DNA of 64,000 nt from Puccinia triticina (taxonomy: Eukaryota). Below, one piece after another: positions 36,926 to 50,739 of this stretch. The DNA lies in contig CP110439.1 in assembly GCA_026914245.1 (NCBI GenBank), positions 3,348,001 through 3,412,000 of the forward strand, read 5' to 3'. The first letter of the stretch is position 1. Each line of letters opens with the position of its first letter. The position numbers and the translations under genes are program-made. The notes beneath the pieces are model-generated. The model saw nothing but the letters and a program-made list of their open reading frames with translations. It was not told the DNA's origin and searched no databases.

Positions 36926-38038
36926 TTACATTGATGTGTCTACTAGCTTAAATCTGGTCCCTGGATTATTCTTGACATCATTGTTCATATGCCACTCGAA
37001 CTGATATAAAACATTGAAACCTATATATACTGTTTCATTTGCATTGAATGTCGGCTGATCGTTAAACCTGGAAATCATATCGCTTTCGACCAGTTCCCAA
37101 TCTTCTTCTTCTTCGCGGTCTTCGGTTAAAATGTTTGCCGTCTTATCTTTATCACCAGAAGGCACGTTATCCGAATCGGATTTTCTTTGCATCGATTTGC
37201 CTTTTCTACGTTTCATGTTTTGACGTTGAAACCTTGAAAAATCATGGAAGACGGATGTTAAACTATCCAATGGAGATTCTCTCAGATTTCTGCCCTTTGA
37301 TTTTGAATCGCTCTGCGTTGTTTCTGGAGAACCCTCGAGATGAGATTTTTGAGGTTGGCGTGTGGGAGAGCCTTCTGCATTCGGGCTTTGTGGTTTGAGG
37401 TCTAGTGTCACTTTATCACTTTTGGATGAATAAAATTTTGTGAACCTATCGAGCATCTCAGGAGTCAAGATTCCTAACAGCGCATTTTTCGAGGTTTCAA
37501 CGGCTTGGGTTTCGGTTGTACCGGAAGGATCTACGGCTTCCTGTTCGTGCTCCTTGCCAGTCGGGTCTGCTGCGTTGGGTAGGCAGAGATACTTGATTCC
37601 ATCGAGAAGAGTACTTGTTTCTTGCAGAGTTTTTTCTAGTTCTTCTTCCTTGAGTCCCTGTTCACTGTGCACGATGTTCCAGCAATTGGAGCGAGGCTGG
37701 TGATCGCCAGTGGAATAGCAACAATCGCAATGCTCGCACCAGTCAGGCTAAATAGTCCAAGCGTCATAGCGGATTGGGAAACTGAATATCTATTGGATCC
37801 ATCATCCTCGCGGCACTCGAACTTGAACCTATGATTCGAATGTGTATGAATCAAGAAGTCATCATCAAAAGCCTCCCGTAAAGCTTGACTGGATTCTTCT
37901 GACCAACCATACACTACCCACTTGGGTTTCCCAAGTCTGCTGGGGCAAGAGTTCGTTGTGGAAATGAATTGGTATAATGATTGATAGAGCCACATTGATA
38001 GGGCGCGAAGTCCGGTTTGTGATCTTAACCAAAGGCAT
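36926..38038 (-). CDS. Hypothetical protein(s); exon structure uncertain
   Basis: MPLVKITNRT...VGSVW, probable intron, then FKFECREDDG and a hydrophobic stretch; a 248-codon open frame (36926-37672) follows in another frame. Confidence 0.45.
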
Positions 38039-38948
38039 GGTGTTGTGCTTTTGAATCGATGTAGAGAGCTTGCACAAAAGGGTTCCTGATCACGGTTTCC
38101 TATCTGAATGGGGTGGAAAACTGATTTGCGAAAATGGTATTTCGGGGAGCGGGCAGGCAGGTTGATCAAAGGTATGATACGAAGGCGAATGTGAGGATTG
38201 GTATTTCTAATTGAAACTTAGTTGGATGGCGAGATCAGCGGACTTGCTCTTCACCTCTCTTCACCGAGGTCACTGTGCAGCCGATGAAACCTGATATCAT
38301 AAATATCAAATGAGTTTCAAAAGTTGATCCAAGGAGGTCGAAAACGATGCAACTTCAGCCCGGATCCGGTGCTCAAATCAGTCTACCCATCTCACATTCT
38401 CCGAGTCAATATGCGCACATGGCCTGACTGGTCAAAAACGTAGTCACAATAGATTTTGACTTGCTGGGAAGTTGGGAGCCACAATATTGTAAACCTTGAA
38501 GGTCCGAATGTCTGGGGCTACCTACCAAAAAATAGCACCCTGGTAGCAATCAAAGTGCTCGTTTATGTGTTTGCAATGTGAGGAGATTCAGAGATTTAAA
38601 AAAGAAAAACGCCATACTAATTGGGCAGTATGTTCGGACCAGGCGGATCTGTCCAGGATGACAGTGTTGGCGGCAGAGCAAGGTACTCAGCTCCGGAGCT
38701 GGAATGGTCACCCAACGGCCTCTGTGGACACTCGGCCAGACTTCTCCGGTGCTCCTCCCCCAACGGGGCGAGGACACATTTTCTGTGATGAACATCCTGA
38801 ACGGACCAAACCAAGCCTCAGATCATAGATGGGCACCTACCCGGGGGACCGCTCTTCCGGTGACTGCCCGAGAGCCCCCGATGATGTACTCAACATAACA
38901 TTGCCACCCAAACCATGACACTTGTTGAACGCCAACATCGACTTCAGC

Positions 38949-41213
38949 ATGCTACTCAGGAAATCGACACTGCCATCAATATTCAGCTCTCTGAGGAGAC
39001 CACCGGGCCTCTTCCCTTTTCTCTCATCATCCAGCCGACCCTCCAGGAGCAGCTGGAACCCAGCGACCCATGATGCAAGCGGAACACAAGTCCGATCGAT
39101 TGCATCGAATGCGAAGCCGATTCTTGAGCAGCTCAACCTGATCCCCGCAAGGACGGAAGAGCCAATTGCGGGTGTTTACGATGGACAATGGAAGCAGGGA
39201 AAGGGCGAGATCCTCCGACCGGTTGACCCGGCTACCGGGAATCCGATCGGGCTGCATGTCTCGTGTGCGGACCACGGACAGACTCTTGAGACGATTGGAA
39301 AAGCACGAGAAGCATTCAAGAGCTGGCGCAACGTGCCCGGGCCGAAACGGGGGGAGATCCTGAAAGACTTCAACAGAGAGCTCGTCCGGCTTAAAGAACC
39401 CCTCGCTGGCCTCATCACTCTCGAGATGGGCAAGATTAAGAGTGAGAGCTTGGGCGAGGTGGAGGAAGTCGTTCAGATCTGTGACTACGGGCTCGGTTTG
39501 AGTAGGATCTTTGGCGGCAAAATCATCGCTAGTGAGCGCCAAGGTCACGTCATCAAAGAGATCCCCAACCCCCTCGGATTGGTCGGGGTGATTACCGCCT
39601 TCAACTTCCCATGTGAGTTTCATGATATTCCAAGAGACTCGAGATGATGGTGAAGCTGATCTTCCTCTCTCTCATCTCAATCACTGATACCCAGGTGCTG
39701 TTTACGGTTGGAACTTCGCGCTCTCTTTCATCACTGGAAACGCGACCATTTGGAAGCCATCACCTACGACGCCTTTAACAGCAATCGCGATGAATAAGAT
39801 CATCACCCGGGTTCTCGAATCCCACGGCTTACCTGGGGCACTTTCGAGCTTAGTCTGTGGAGGCTCATCGGTCGGTGGACAGCTGGCTACTGAGCAAAAG
39901 GTCGACCTTCTCAGCTTCACCGGCAGTGAACATGTCGGTAAACAGGTCGGAGAGACGGTCCAAGCTCGGTTCGGCAAGGTGAGATGTCCTCATTAGTAGC
40001 TATTGGACCAGTATCCCGATCTCATTTTTGGGCTATTGGGTTGTACCTAATCTCATTGCTACCCCTACACGCAATGTTTGGAATCAATCTCAACGGAAAG
40101 CACTGACACCTTTCGAAAAACCACATTTATTCATTCAGGTTCTTTTGGAACTAGGAGGTAATAATGTACGCTGTTTCACTCAGTCACCTCACTCAATGAA
40201 GCTTGAGTTTGACTTGATGGCTTGCGCCTGTCGTATGAACATGTAGGCCTTGGTGGTCATGCCCAGTGCCTCAATTGACCTTGCGCTTCGAGCGACAGTG
40301 TTTGGAGCCGTCGGGACGGCCGGACAACGATGTACGACGACTCGGCGACTTTTCCTGCACGAGTCTATCGCAGAAAACTTCTTGAACTCGCTCAAGAAGT
40401 CATACGAACAGGTGACTACCAGGGTTGGCCATGGACTCGAGCCGTCGACCTTAGTATGTGCGTTGCACACTCCTCAAGCCGTCCAGAGCTATCTCGATTG
40501 CATCAAAGAGTGCAAGAAGGAAGGTGGAAAGATCTTGCACGGCGGGCAGAGGATCGAGCAGAGCCAGTTCGTCCAACCCACCATTATTGATTGGGGTGAT
40601 CGGTTGAAAGTCCCTTCCGCAATGCCCAATATCGTTCGGAAGGAAGTCTTTGGACCCATCTTACATGTCGGAAGGTTTAGAAAATTGGAAGAAGCCGTAG
40701 AAATGACAAATTCAGTCGACCAAGCTCTTAGTAGCTCCTTATTCTCAATGTGAGCTTCTTTTCTTTGTGGTACAAAGGAATTGTGTGTTCGGCTCGAGAT
40801 AATGTTTGTGGTTCAGGGATATCGGCGACGTCTTCTATTGGACTGGACCAAATGGTTCTCGATGTGGCATTGTGAATGTCAATGCGGGCACAAGTGGTAA
40901 GATGAAGGATTTTATGTTGTCACAGGTCACAGAGAAGTCAAAATCATTTGATCTCAATTTGGAACCATATCATTTCATTAGGCGCCGAGATTGGAGCCGG
41001 GTTTGGAGGGAACTTCCACACTGGATGGGGACGTGAGTCGGGGGGAGATGCCTGGAAACAAGTTGAGTGTCATGATTTTCATTGGCTAAGGCTTTGTTTG
41101 GATTGCAACGATTGACTGGTTTTGGTTTCATCTTGTAGTATTGTCGATGGTCCAGTTGTACCATCAACTTCTCGGATCAAATGCCGTTGGCCCAGGGGAT
41201 CAATTTCACCTAG
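38949..41213 (+). CDS. ALDH7A1: Aldehyde dehydrogenase family 7 (antiquitin / alpha-aminoadipate semialdehyde dehydrogenase)
   Basis: [51 protein letters not shown]-terminus [12 protein letters not shown] introns; Arg/Ser-rich presequence-like N-terminus. Confidence 0.95.
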
Positions 41214-42096
41214 CAATAACCCTTTGCCCTGTTCATCCATCATCTGAGTACATGCGAGCCCATCAGGTGCAGCAGAAAGGTCCTTTGGCGATTTCATATT
41301 TTATCATATACTGTACTATCGATTGTCTATATGCTCCTGATTTTAGAGTCGTTTGTTTGTTGTCTTGCAAAACAATTTCTCTTGTTTCTGGTTTGAGGCA
41401 TGTGTTGTATATAGAGTTGCCATGTTGAAGTGACTAGGTTTGTATTTATGTGTCTGCTTTCACGGTGGGCTTGTTATTGAATGTTTGTCTTCAACGAGCT
41501 TGCGGGTGGCAGCTGCCCATGTTTTTCAAGAACCAAAACATTTTGAAGGAAACTTGTACCAGGCCAAATTTGAGGGCACTCAATGAATCTTTGTGATGTT
41601 GAAAATTTTCCGGCAGAATTGTTTTCAAAACCTTCCAATTGGTATTCAAATCAAATTTTCCTAACTGAAAAAGCTTTGTTTCTTTCAACGTTGATATTTT
41701 CCCTTGAATATATTCAAATTACTACATACCAATGGCTGGTCAGTACTGGCAGTGGCCATTGAGAGGAGTTTTTAGAGATTTCTGGTCAACACCAGCCATT
41801 GAGAGGAGTGCGCTACTTAGGGTCCTCATGAAGCGCAGTTACTTTCCTCTGGACCTGCCGGTCACTAATGTATCATGAATACTGCACCTCTTAAACGAGA
41901 AGGAACACACAGTTCTACTGATCATCCATTGTTTTATGCTCATGTATATACACAATCAACCGATAAGGGGAAGATAGGCGTTTGCGAATTGCGAGAGTGG
42001 GAGAGGGATTTCGTGGCAGATGCATGAGATGTGGGAACACATGTGTTGGGTACGAGTCTAGGTGAGAAAGGAAAGATGGACTGGGGATCAAGAGGA

Positions 42097-45000
42097 CTAC
42101 AAGAACTGTTTGCTCTTCAACCAGTCGATGATATTTTGTTTGTCCCGACTGAGCCAGGCGGCTTTGCTCTTGACGGTATCAAGACCTTGAGCGAGAGCCG
42201 ATTGATAGTTCGAAGTACTACCAAACGTGCATGCCAAAAGAAAGAATCAACTTAGGTCAAGTCAAATAAAGAGTCAGGAGAAAGGCTGGCTTCAGGCACG
42301 TACTCCTTATCCTTGAAGAATTCAATCACCGATTGACGGTCGGCTTCGGTCGTGAATCGGTCAAAGGAGTATTGGATTAACCGACCGATGGAGAAGTTCC
42401 CCTTGAACCTGACCAAAAGCTGGTCGAGATTCTTTTGTACAAATTTGTACATGTCTCTACGAGAAACTCGATTGCTCGCTAAACCCGCAAAGAAGTACAT
42501 ACTACGTATGTGCATATCATTGTTTTTTGTCAGTACGCCTGCCGCAAAAGACAATAGCCATGCAGCGTCTTCACTTACAAATCTTGCTCTTTGACCTCTC
42601 CATTGAGGATAAAATCACTGAAAAAAGACAGAGAAATGGTTAGACTCTGATAAAGGATGAAGTTGTTTCGAGGAAATGAGAAGGGCCAAAAGTGTTACTT
42701 ACAAGGTACGAGAGATGAGCTGGGGATCCTCGGAAGAACACAAGGCCGCCATGGCGGCGATCTTATCGGAGGGATTGCTGGGTTTGTGGTAAACGTCCAA
42801 GATGGCCTCGTACTCCTTTTCGCCCCCTTGTTTCGTCGCATAGGTGAAGACAAGCTTGCGTAAGTCGGCTGGAATCAACGATTTCGCACCACTTGGGTTC
42901 TCCATAAATTTCGCAAATCGGCTCTGGATCTCCTTCAAAACTCTGGTGGAGGATCATTCGAACAATCACACGAGATGAGATGAAATTTTGATCTATGATG
43001 ACACACTGCCTGTGACTCACTTTGGATCCTCAGCTCGTGCCGCCGCGCCCAAAATCAACACCCTCAATTGAATGCGGTCTTGATCGTCAGTGGGGAGCGT
43101 GTCAAAGCCAATTTCCGCGGCCAAGGAGGAGACTAATTGTCGTTGGAATTTATTAAATCCATCGATCACTTGTTGATCCTCTTCCCACAAGATAGCGGAA
43201 ACCGAGTCTAGGGCTGAGGTGATCTCCGACCAAACCAAATAATTTCTTTCTCCCCCTAGTGGGAAGAGGATATCAAGCGCACTCGGAGTGGTCGAGTAAC
43301 CGGCTTGTGCCAGCACGATCGCATCTTGGATCAAGCCCATCTTGTCCGCTACGGTGAAGACAGAAGCGGCCTTGGAAATCTCCTGGCCCAACTTTTGCAA
43401 CCGCTCAGCTGGATAACAGACTCGATCTAAAAATGTTACCATCTCCGAGTCGTCAGCTTTCAATCCCAAACTCCGCTCTTCCTCCCAAAATTCACTCTGA
43501 GCAAGACAATTAACTGACAAACTCCGCAAGTATCGGCGTTCAACTTATAACAGGTTGATTGAGGGCTTGGAAGAGCGATCTTCGCTTCTCGTTGGCAGTC
43601 AAGCACATCGTGCTTCACGGTGACGGTACCTGATCCATCAACCACTTTGATTTCCAATGGGACAAACCACAAGGTTTCATCCTCTTCGGGCTAGTGAGTA
43701 AAGTTCAATTAGTTTTTTGTTTGTTTGGCCAGAACCCTGCCAGCTGAGTGGAGATCTTACTTTGGGATCACCAGTGGACAAAAATCTCTTTTGAGAGACT
43801 TTTAATCCATCTGCCTCTTCGACCACTGTTAAAACGGGAAAGCCGACCTTGCCAGTCCAGTTGCTCATGATCTTGTTGATATCTTGGCCGGTTGATTTCG
43901 AAATGCCCGCCCAGAGATCTTTTGTTGTTCCGTTTCCATACAGATGCGCCTTGAGATAAAGTGAACTAATAGTTTAAATCACGATGAGCATACAGGGGGT
44001 ATGGAAATCGGTTTCTCGAGAGGAAAAAACCTACACTCCATGTAGAAACTTCTCCTTTCCAACAAAGTTTGCCAACATCTTCAAAATAGAAGCTCCCTTG
44101 GAGTATCTAACATCAGCGAACAAAAGGATCAGAGGGAGACGAAACGCCAAGTGAAGTTCAGAACAAGTATGAAAAACAAGCGCAAATGCTTACGAAATCG
44201 CATCGAATATTTGATTGATCATTTCCGGATTCGGACAAGGGACTTCAACGGCATGAGATGATCTTTTACCATCAAGTTCAAGGGCTCTTGATAGATGGGC
44301 ATTAATAAAGTCGTCCTCAGCGTGCCAATTAGGTTCCACTTCTGAGATGATGACAAGTTCACTAGGAGGTTGGGAGTGGAGGAGAATCGAAGTGTAAGGA
44401 TTTCTACCGCAGACTTTGATGATTCTTAGAAATTCACATACCCCATCAACGTAGCAAAGGCCTCATTCAACCACAACTCTTGCCACCAACTCATCGTCAC
44501 TATGTTACCGAACCATTGGTGCGCAACCTCGTGGCTTTGCACAGTGACTACTCTTTTTTGCGCCGCAATCCCAGAAGCATCATCAAATAAACCTACCGAG
44601 GTCTGCGAAAGTAACGCCCGAGATCAGGAGCATGAACTTCTTGTTGATAGAGCAAAATTGGCTCAGGGTCCGTACTCGACAGGTAATGAGACCCCACTAA
44701 TGTTTCGAACAGCGTTATTAGTATCATGCTAGATCTGCTACAAATTGTAATGTATGTGCTTACATTCTCCATTGCCCCAGCGTCGAAGTCAGAGGCGACC
44801 AACGTGTCGAGCTAATTTGCGAGGTAAAATTTCAGGTTACTGATGTTGGCTATGCGTAAAGGAATAACTCAACTTTAGAAAGAGGATAAGGAATATCGAA
44901 TATCTAGATGAGAAATCATAATTAATAAGTATTTCAAGACAGGTCAGGATTGAACGAGATCCAGTATCACCTTCTCGTAGACTGGAAGGATCCTTGCAGT

Positions 45001-46090
45001 AGTGTCCAGTAATAATTGAGTTTGATGAGCATGTTCAGCGGTGGCAAATACTCGGAGTGGAATTTTCTTATTAGTCAGTGGACTAATATAATGGCTTTCT
45101 TTTGAACAGAAAGGACCTAGAGAAAAGAGAAAGTCTTTAGCATTCTTGTGGGAAGTAAGATAAGAAAAGAATGTGGAGCAGGGGATGAAGCACCATTGGC
45201 CCACGCAACGAGATAGCTTGAGATCTTGGGGGTGGGTTCGAATTTCGTCAAGACCCAGTCTGCTGATGCCGACTGTCCTCCGATCGCTTCGAGCATGGTG
45301 GAGCTCAGGAGTGTGGTTTCAGGAAATTTCCCGTCGGAAGGCTCCTTGGAAATCTCGGAGGTGTTGGTCAAAGCAGTGGTTCCTTCTCTCGTGATTTGAG
45401 TCACTTGGACGGTCGCCTCTACACATAGCAATCAATTCGAAAATATAAACCGTCGAGTCCTTCTCCATCAGAAAACTGGTTGGTTTAAAAAAAACCCAAT
45501 TGAGAAGAACAGACTGACTGATTGCAGGCTCATCCCAACAGGGAAAAGCTCGTCTAGCAGCAGTGGGTTCGAATTGAGTGAGGCCATAGAATCCTTTCTT
45601 TCCCTCGAATTCATACGTAGAACGATAGTAACCCATCATACTACCTTCGAGCACGCCCTTGTAAACGATCCCCAACTTAGCCTCCGACCCGGCAGGTAAT
45701 TTTTGGCCGATGTTAACCGTACATCTTTCGAACTTTTCATCACGCTCAATGGATTTGACGACTTGCGGCTGGGATGAGGAATTCGAGGCTTTGGATTGGT
45801 AGACCACTTTGAGGATCTCAAGCGCTGGGGCAGCATGGAAAGTGATCTGGTCTGTTTCTTGCACAATGGCTAGATCTATTTCGGCGGTACCTTCGAAGAG
45901 GGGGGCTGGGGTAGCATTCAAGTCGGTCTTAACGCAGAGTGCATAATGGATTGGCCTGTCAAGAATACAGAAAAGAGCCCGGTCAAGGGTGGATATGAGT
46001 GAGTACCAATTCGAAGAAAGAAGACAGGCTGATTTGGTAGACTGACTTTACGTGGTCGGTCAGACGGTACTTTGCATCCCCCTCAGCCAT
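42097..46090 (-). CDS. APE2: M1-family zinc aminopeptidase (puromycin-sensitive / Ape2-like)
   Basis: [33 protein letters not shown] (HEXXH) + NEAFA; FDAISYSKG; ERAP1-C-like C-terminal region; many GT-AG introns. Confidence 0.95.
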
Positions 46091-46438
46091 GGCTTGGAGC
46101 TCTGAGTGGTAGTAGATTGAAGAACAGTTGAAAAGCCTAGCTCGGATGCTGATCGACTTGACTCTGCACTTGAGCGACGAGCGAAGGATTGAGAATGGAA
46201 TGGTGGTGTTTGTTTTGTTGGGGTTGGCCTGGGTTGGCTGGTCAGGTGGAGTGGGTTGGCAGTGGTTACATCAACTGCCAACTCCTCCAGCCAAGAGAAT
46301 CTGAAGAGATCGATCTCAATCACCCCCCGAGAGCAGTCCCCCTGAAGACCCCCGATACCGAAAAAGCTTTTTTTCTGCCAGCAATCACAGCGCATCTCTT
46401 ATCTGACCAGACCATTGCCCGTCAAGCCATCGTCAACC

Positions 46439-47164
46439 ATGCAGATCAAGGTCAAGGTAAGTCCGTCATTATTTAAGCCCCTAGAGCATCACCCGCTTCA
46501 AGAAAAATATCGCTTTCAAAGCTCAAACATCTCCGATTGGCTGTCGAATTTCTAACCCTCCCCGTATTCAATCGATTGTCTCGAACTCTCCACGAATATC
46601 ACTCCTTTTGCCTACAAACGACCCCTAGACACTAACAGGAAAGGAGGTATGCAAGCCACCATCGCTTACAATTGATAATTCCAGCCACTTATTCCTTGTT
46701 TCTCACCTACATCGCAACCAATCTACGATCCACGTCGAATAGATCGAATTGGACGTCGAATCTGATGATAAAGTAAAGCTCGGCATACCAAATCCCATCA
46801 TGGAAAATCTGTCCCCGTTTTGCTCATTATGTCGCGTGTCTTGCCTGCGTATCGAATTTCTTTGATAGATATCCAAAGTGAAAGACCGGATTGAAGAAAA
46901 GGAGGGGATCCCGCCGTCCCAACAAAGACTAATCTTCGGTGGAAAACAAATGTCAGTGGCCGTTCGTGCTCCTCTCTCCGTTTGGCAATCAATTGTCAAA
47001 GCCCTTCAATCATTCTGATTGTTTGGAATGAACTGCTGAGCAAATACCGAGTGTTTACTTTCTTCTTTTCGGATGACAGGGCCGATGAAAAGACTGTCAA
47101 AGAGCTAGGTATCGAAGGCGGTTCGACTTTGCATCTGGTTCTTGCTCTCAGAGGAGGAAAATAA
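46439..47164 (+). CDS. NEDD8: Ubiquitin-like protein NEDD8/Rub1
   Basis: Five exons splice to [83 protein letters not shown] is the NEDD8 tail. Confidence 0.95.
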
Positions 47165-48711
47165 CAATCTCAGTAGCTAAATGTGTAACTACAAATCGGA
47201 ATAGAAAGCTCGGCATTTGGTTCCATTGCCAAGCAAACCTTCCTTTTTTTTTGGATCCTGATTCTTCTTAAGTTCTCTTTAAGTCATTCTTGAATGCAAT
47301 GCTGCACGCCAAAATTACAAATCAGCTCACAAGTCTCTCTCCGAAGCTATCTATTGTACCAGCCTGATATTCGGAGATGAATCGCTAGCTTAGCTGATTG
47401 TTTTCTAGATGTGATATGATCTTCCAAAAACAACGTGTTATGGTGTTTGGCTACAAGAGACTAGAACACCTCTACCACCCTCTCCACTTTAATCAACCAG
47501 ATGCAGTCTCCTGTTTCTAGTAATTGATACCCTGGATTAGCAGCTTTTGACCAGAAAGCAGGCTCATCTCAACCTTGATCGTGTGGGAGACTGTATGGTA
47601 AACCAATTGTGGCAGGGAACCAGAGCGGCGGAGCTTAGCGAGGTGCCCTTGGGAAGAAATTTAACATGCATAAACCTTACTGAAAGAGAGCAGACAAAAT
47701 CAGCAGGGGATTTTTGCCAATGTGTACCTCCCTGGCCCTAATCAGTTTCTGTGATTCATATGTGGCATTCCCACCTGGTACCTCTTCTCAACATGTTTGA
47801 ACTCCCCAAGACTTGTCTTATTGACCAGCTGTGCTAACGACAAAAATTTCGTTATGTTACCGTTATCTACGCGTTACGCGTAGCGTAACTACCCTTCGTT
47901 GCTTTGATGGCCCACACCTGGCCAGGGCGCCGATGGGGTGTTCTAGCATCTTGGACAACCCCAGGACACAGTGTGGGCCTCCCATATCCAGTGGCGCCAT
48001 CAGGATTGCTGCGTCAGCCGGGCAACCGGCATGGACAACCCCATGACAGCCGGTGATGGTGCCTCCCCTACCGGTGTGTCACGCAGGCATCTAACTGGGG
48101 CGGCCAGCTGGCGCCCAGGTCAGTGGCATCTCATTGGTGCACCAGGGGCGCCACCAATGCCCACAGTCCCGGTGGCATCCTGTTGCATGACCGAGTGGCG
48201 CCAGTATGGCTCTGGGTCCCTGTCACGCCACCATGGCGCATGGACTGCTGGGACGCCTTCTGGACGCATCGGCTTTTCCCAATCTGCCCCGCTGTGTACA
48301 ATGTTTCAATTTACATACAACCTAGAAAGCATGCAGATTTGTTTGTCCACAGGATCTACAAGCAATACAGCCTTGTGAATCCTTGTGCAGATCCATTTCT
48401 TGAGAAGTCACTTTTCAAAAATTTATTAAAAATACATTGGTGGTGATACAAAAATTCTGAGGAGACATAATTGTAGAGGAGATGTCAAAGGATCAGACAG
48501 CTGTGGCTCAGACCTTTGGAGGTGCTGGGGGCAGAGCTATTAAAAAGTTAAAAAAACCTTACAGCCATTTGGTACTTTCTGCTCCCCTATGAAATTGGGG
48601 ATAATATGCAAGTCCCTTCCTGCGGGAGGGGCCACGTTGCGGCCAGCCACAGGGACTTGTGTTAAGTTAGTGTAGCGGCTGCAACTGTAACCTCAAACAC
48701 CAGGTGATTGG

Positions 48712-49517
48712 CGAACTTAGCTCAAGTCCCTTGCCTGCCGCTAACTTAACACAAGTCCCCCACATTGGAGGGCCCTGGTACAGCCTGGGCTGGTGCGAAG
48801 CGCCCTCACGCGAAGCGCAACCTCTGAAGGAGGGACTTGGGACTAATGTCCACATTTTGGCCTGAGGGTTTGAGGCCTTTTGGTGGGGGATTTGTGCCAT
48901 TCCAATTTTGACCTTGTGAGCAAACAGCCCCACACAAGCCCTTTGGATCATGAGAATCCTCTGGTTCTTCCCCATCTTTTGACGCTACACTCATCCCTGA
49001 TAACCCAACCCTTCTCTTTCCATGCTCCTTCAAACGTTTGGTTTTGAAGGTCATTCTGAGCTGTATCATGTGAATGTATTGAAAAACAGTACAGTATTCA
49101 ATTCAATCCCCAGGAACCAAGCTCTGTTTTAGATGTCTTGCCCAATCCAGCTCTTGCTACAGATTTTCACTTTGAGGACAGGAACTGGAAGTCAAGAAGC
49201 TTGGCTGTTCCACCCCTTCATAGCTTCACCCGGGTTGGAACAGTTTTTGTTGTGTGAGGGGAAAAAGAAGAAATATGGCTAGAAAGCCACAAACAACCCA
49301 TACCCTCAAGCCAAAATTACAACATTAGTTGTAAGCCTCTCCTACGGAGATTCCCTTTGGGACGCGGGTGTCCCCCCCTCCGTTCAAGAGGCTTAGTTAG
49401 GCTAGCGCCCGGGGGGCGCGGCGCGAAGCGCCTCGCACGAAGTGCGACCTCCCGTCAGAGACAGAGACCCTGCGGGGCTGCCCCTTCGGGGCTCTCACTG
49501 AGGCTTTGTTAAGCTCG
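48712..49517. mobile_element. Short AcademH-like TIR element containing a nested relative
   Basis: CGAACTTAGCTCAAG...CTTTGTTAAGCTCG; 9-bp TSD GGTGATTGG / GGTGATCGG. Confidence 0.75.
48742..49404 (+). mobile_element. AcademH-like element, copy B
   Basis: Near-identical direct copy of 28656-29293 with short indels; no clean TSD. Confidence 0.75.
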
Positions 49518-49612
49518 GGTGATCGGGCCGCGGGCTGGACCTCAACCCCCGGACCTACACCCGGGTTGAAGCCTTACTCCCAACCACTCGCCCATATCAG
49601 ATAATCTCAAGG

Positions 49613-50739
49613 ATGGCCAAGAATGCGAACCCGGTTCCTGGCGCGGGAACGAACGGTAGACCGATAGTCTTCATGGGTATGCCAGAGCTGAAAACAAGGA
49701 TTACCACCTCCCTCGTTTTCGTGCGAAAAGGACTGATGAGATTTGGTTGGCCGTTTGTTCAGATATCAACATCGGCGAGACACCAGCTGGAAGGATTAAG
49801 TTCGAGCTGTTCACGGATATCGTGCCGAAGACCGCCGAAAACTTTCGTCAGCTATGTACGGGTGAACACCGGTGAGTAAGTTGAGAGAGTGTTGAAGAAA
49901 AGAGAAGCTGAATAAGCAAGAGAAAGTGAATTTCTCGGTTTACATTTTCTTTCCTTGGCCTTCTCGAGCTAAACAACCGAGCTAAACAACTATTCGTTGA
50001 CACCATCCATCTTCAAGGCCCAATCGACAACCAGTGGGATACAAACACAGCATCTTCCATCGCGTCATCAAAGATTTCATGGTCCAAGGTCCGGCACAGT
50101 TTCTCTTCGGTCGATCTGTTATCGTCTTTACCTCATCGGCCTCTTGAATCAACCGTCGAATTGACTCGACGAAGAAATCATGCGATCTCTCTTCTTACAG
50201 GTGGTGATTTCCTAAACTCGGATGGCACAGGTTCAACCTCAATCTACGGGCAAAAGTTCGAAGACGAAAACTTCAAGCTTAAGCACGAATCAGCCGGTCT
50301 TCTTTCCATGGTCTGTCCTCTCACTCACACTGTTGCTTCTTTTGGCCCGGTTGAACTTTGCTCATTTGCACCATTGTTTCCTTTTTCAAACCGCAGGCTA
50401 ACTCAGGGCCAAACACGAATGGATGTCAAGTGAGTAGTTTGAGCCCCGAGCAAATTGCCCTGCCTCATTTTTCCGACCATGTGTGTTTAGTTTTTCATTA
50501 CGTCGGCAGCATGCGATTTCCTGGACGGGAAACACGTCGTCTTCGGCAAGGTCTTGGATTCCGACGGGCTGCTGGTCATGCGAAAGATCGAGAACGTGCC
50601 TACAGGGCCGAACAACCGTCCCAAACTGACCGTTAAAGTCACTGGTAAGCATCCGAGCGTGTCACCCCACCCCATCCTTGTTGTTCTCCTTTCCTGAACC
50701 GCCCCCTTTTTATCACCTTTAGAATGCGGCGAAATGTAG
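49613..50739 (+). CDS. PPIH: Peptidyl-prolyl cis-trans isomerase H (spliceosomal cyclophilin H)
   Basis: [72 protein letters not shown]...ECGEM*, typical of CypH. Confidence 0.92.

Noticed and set aside
46439..47164. Ubiquitin
   Set aside because: MQIKVK start, EEKEGIPP and LALRGG tail identify NEDD8/Rub1, not ubiquitin (MQIFVK, LRLRGG).
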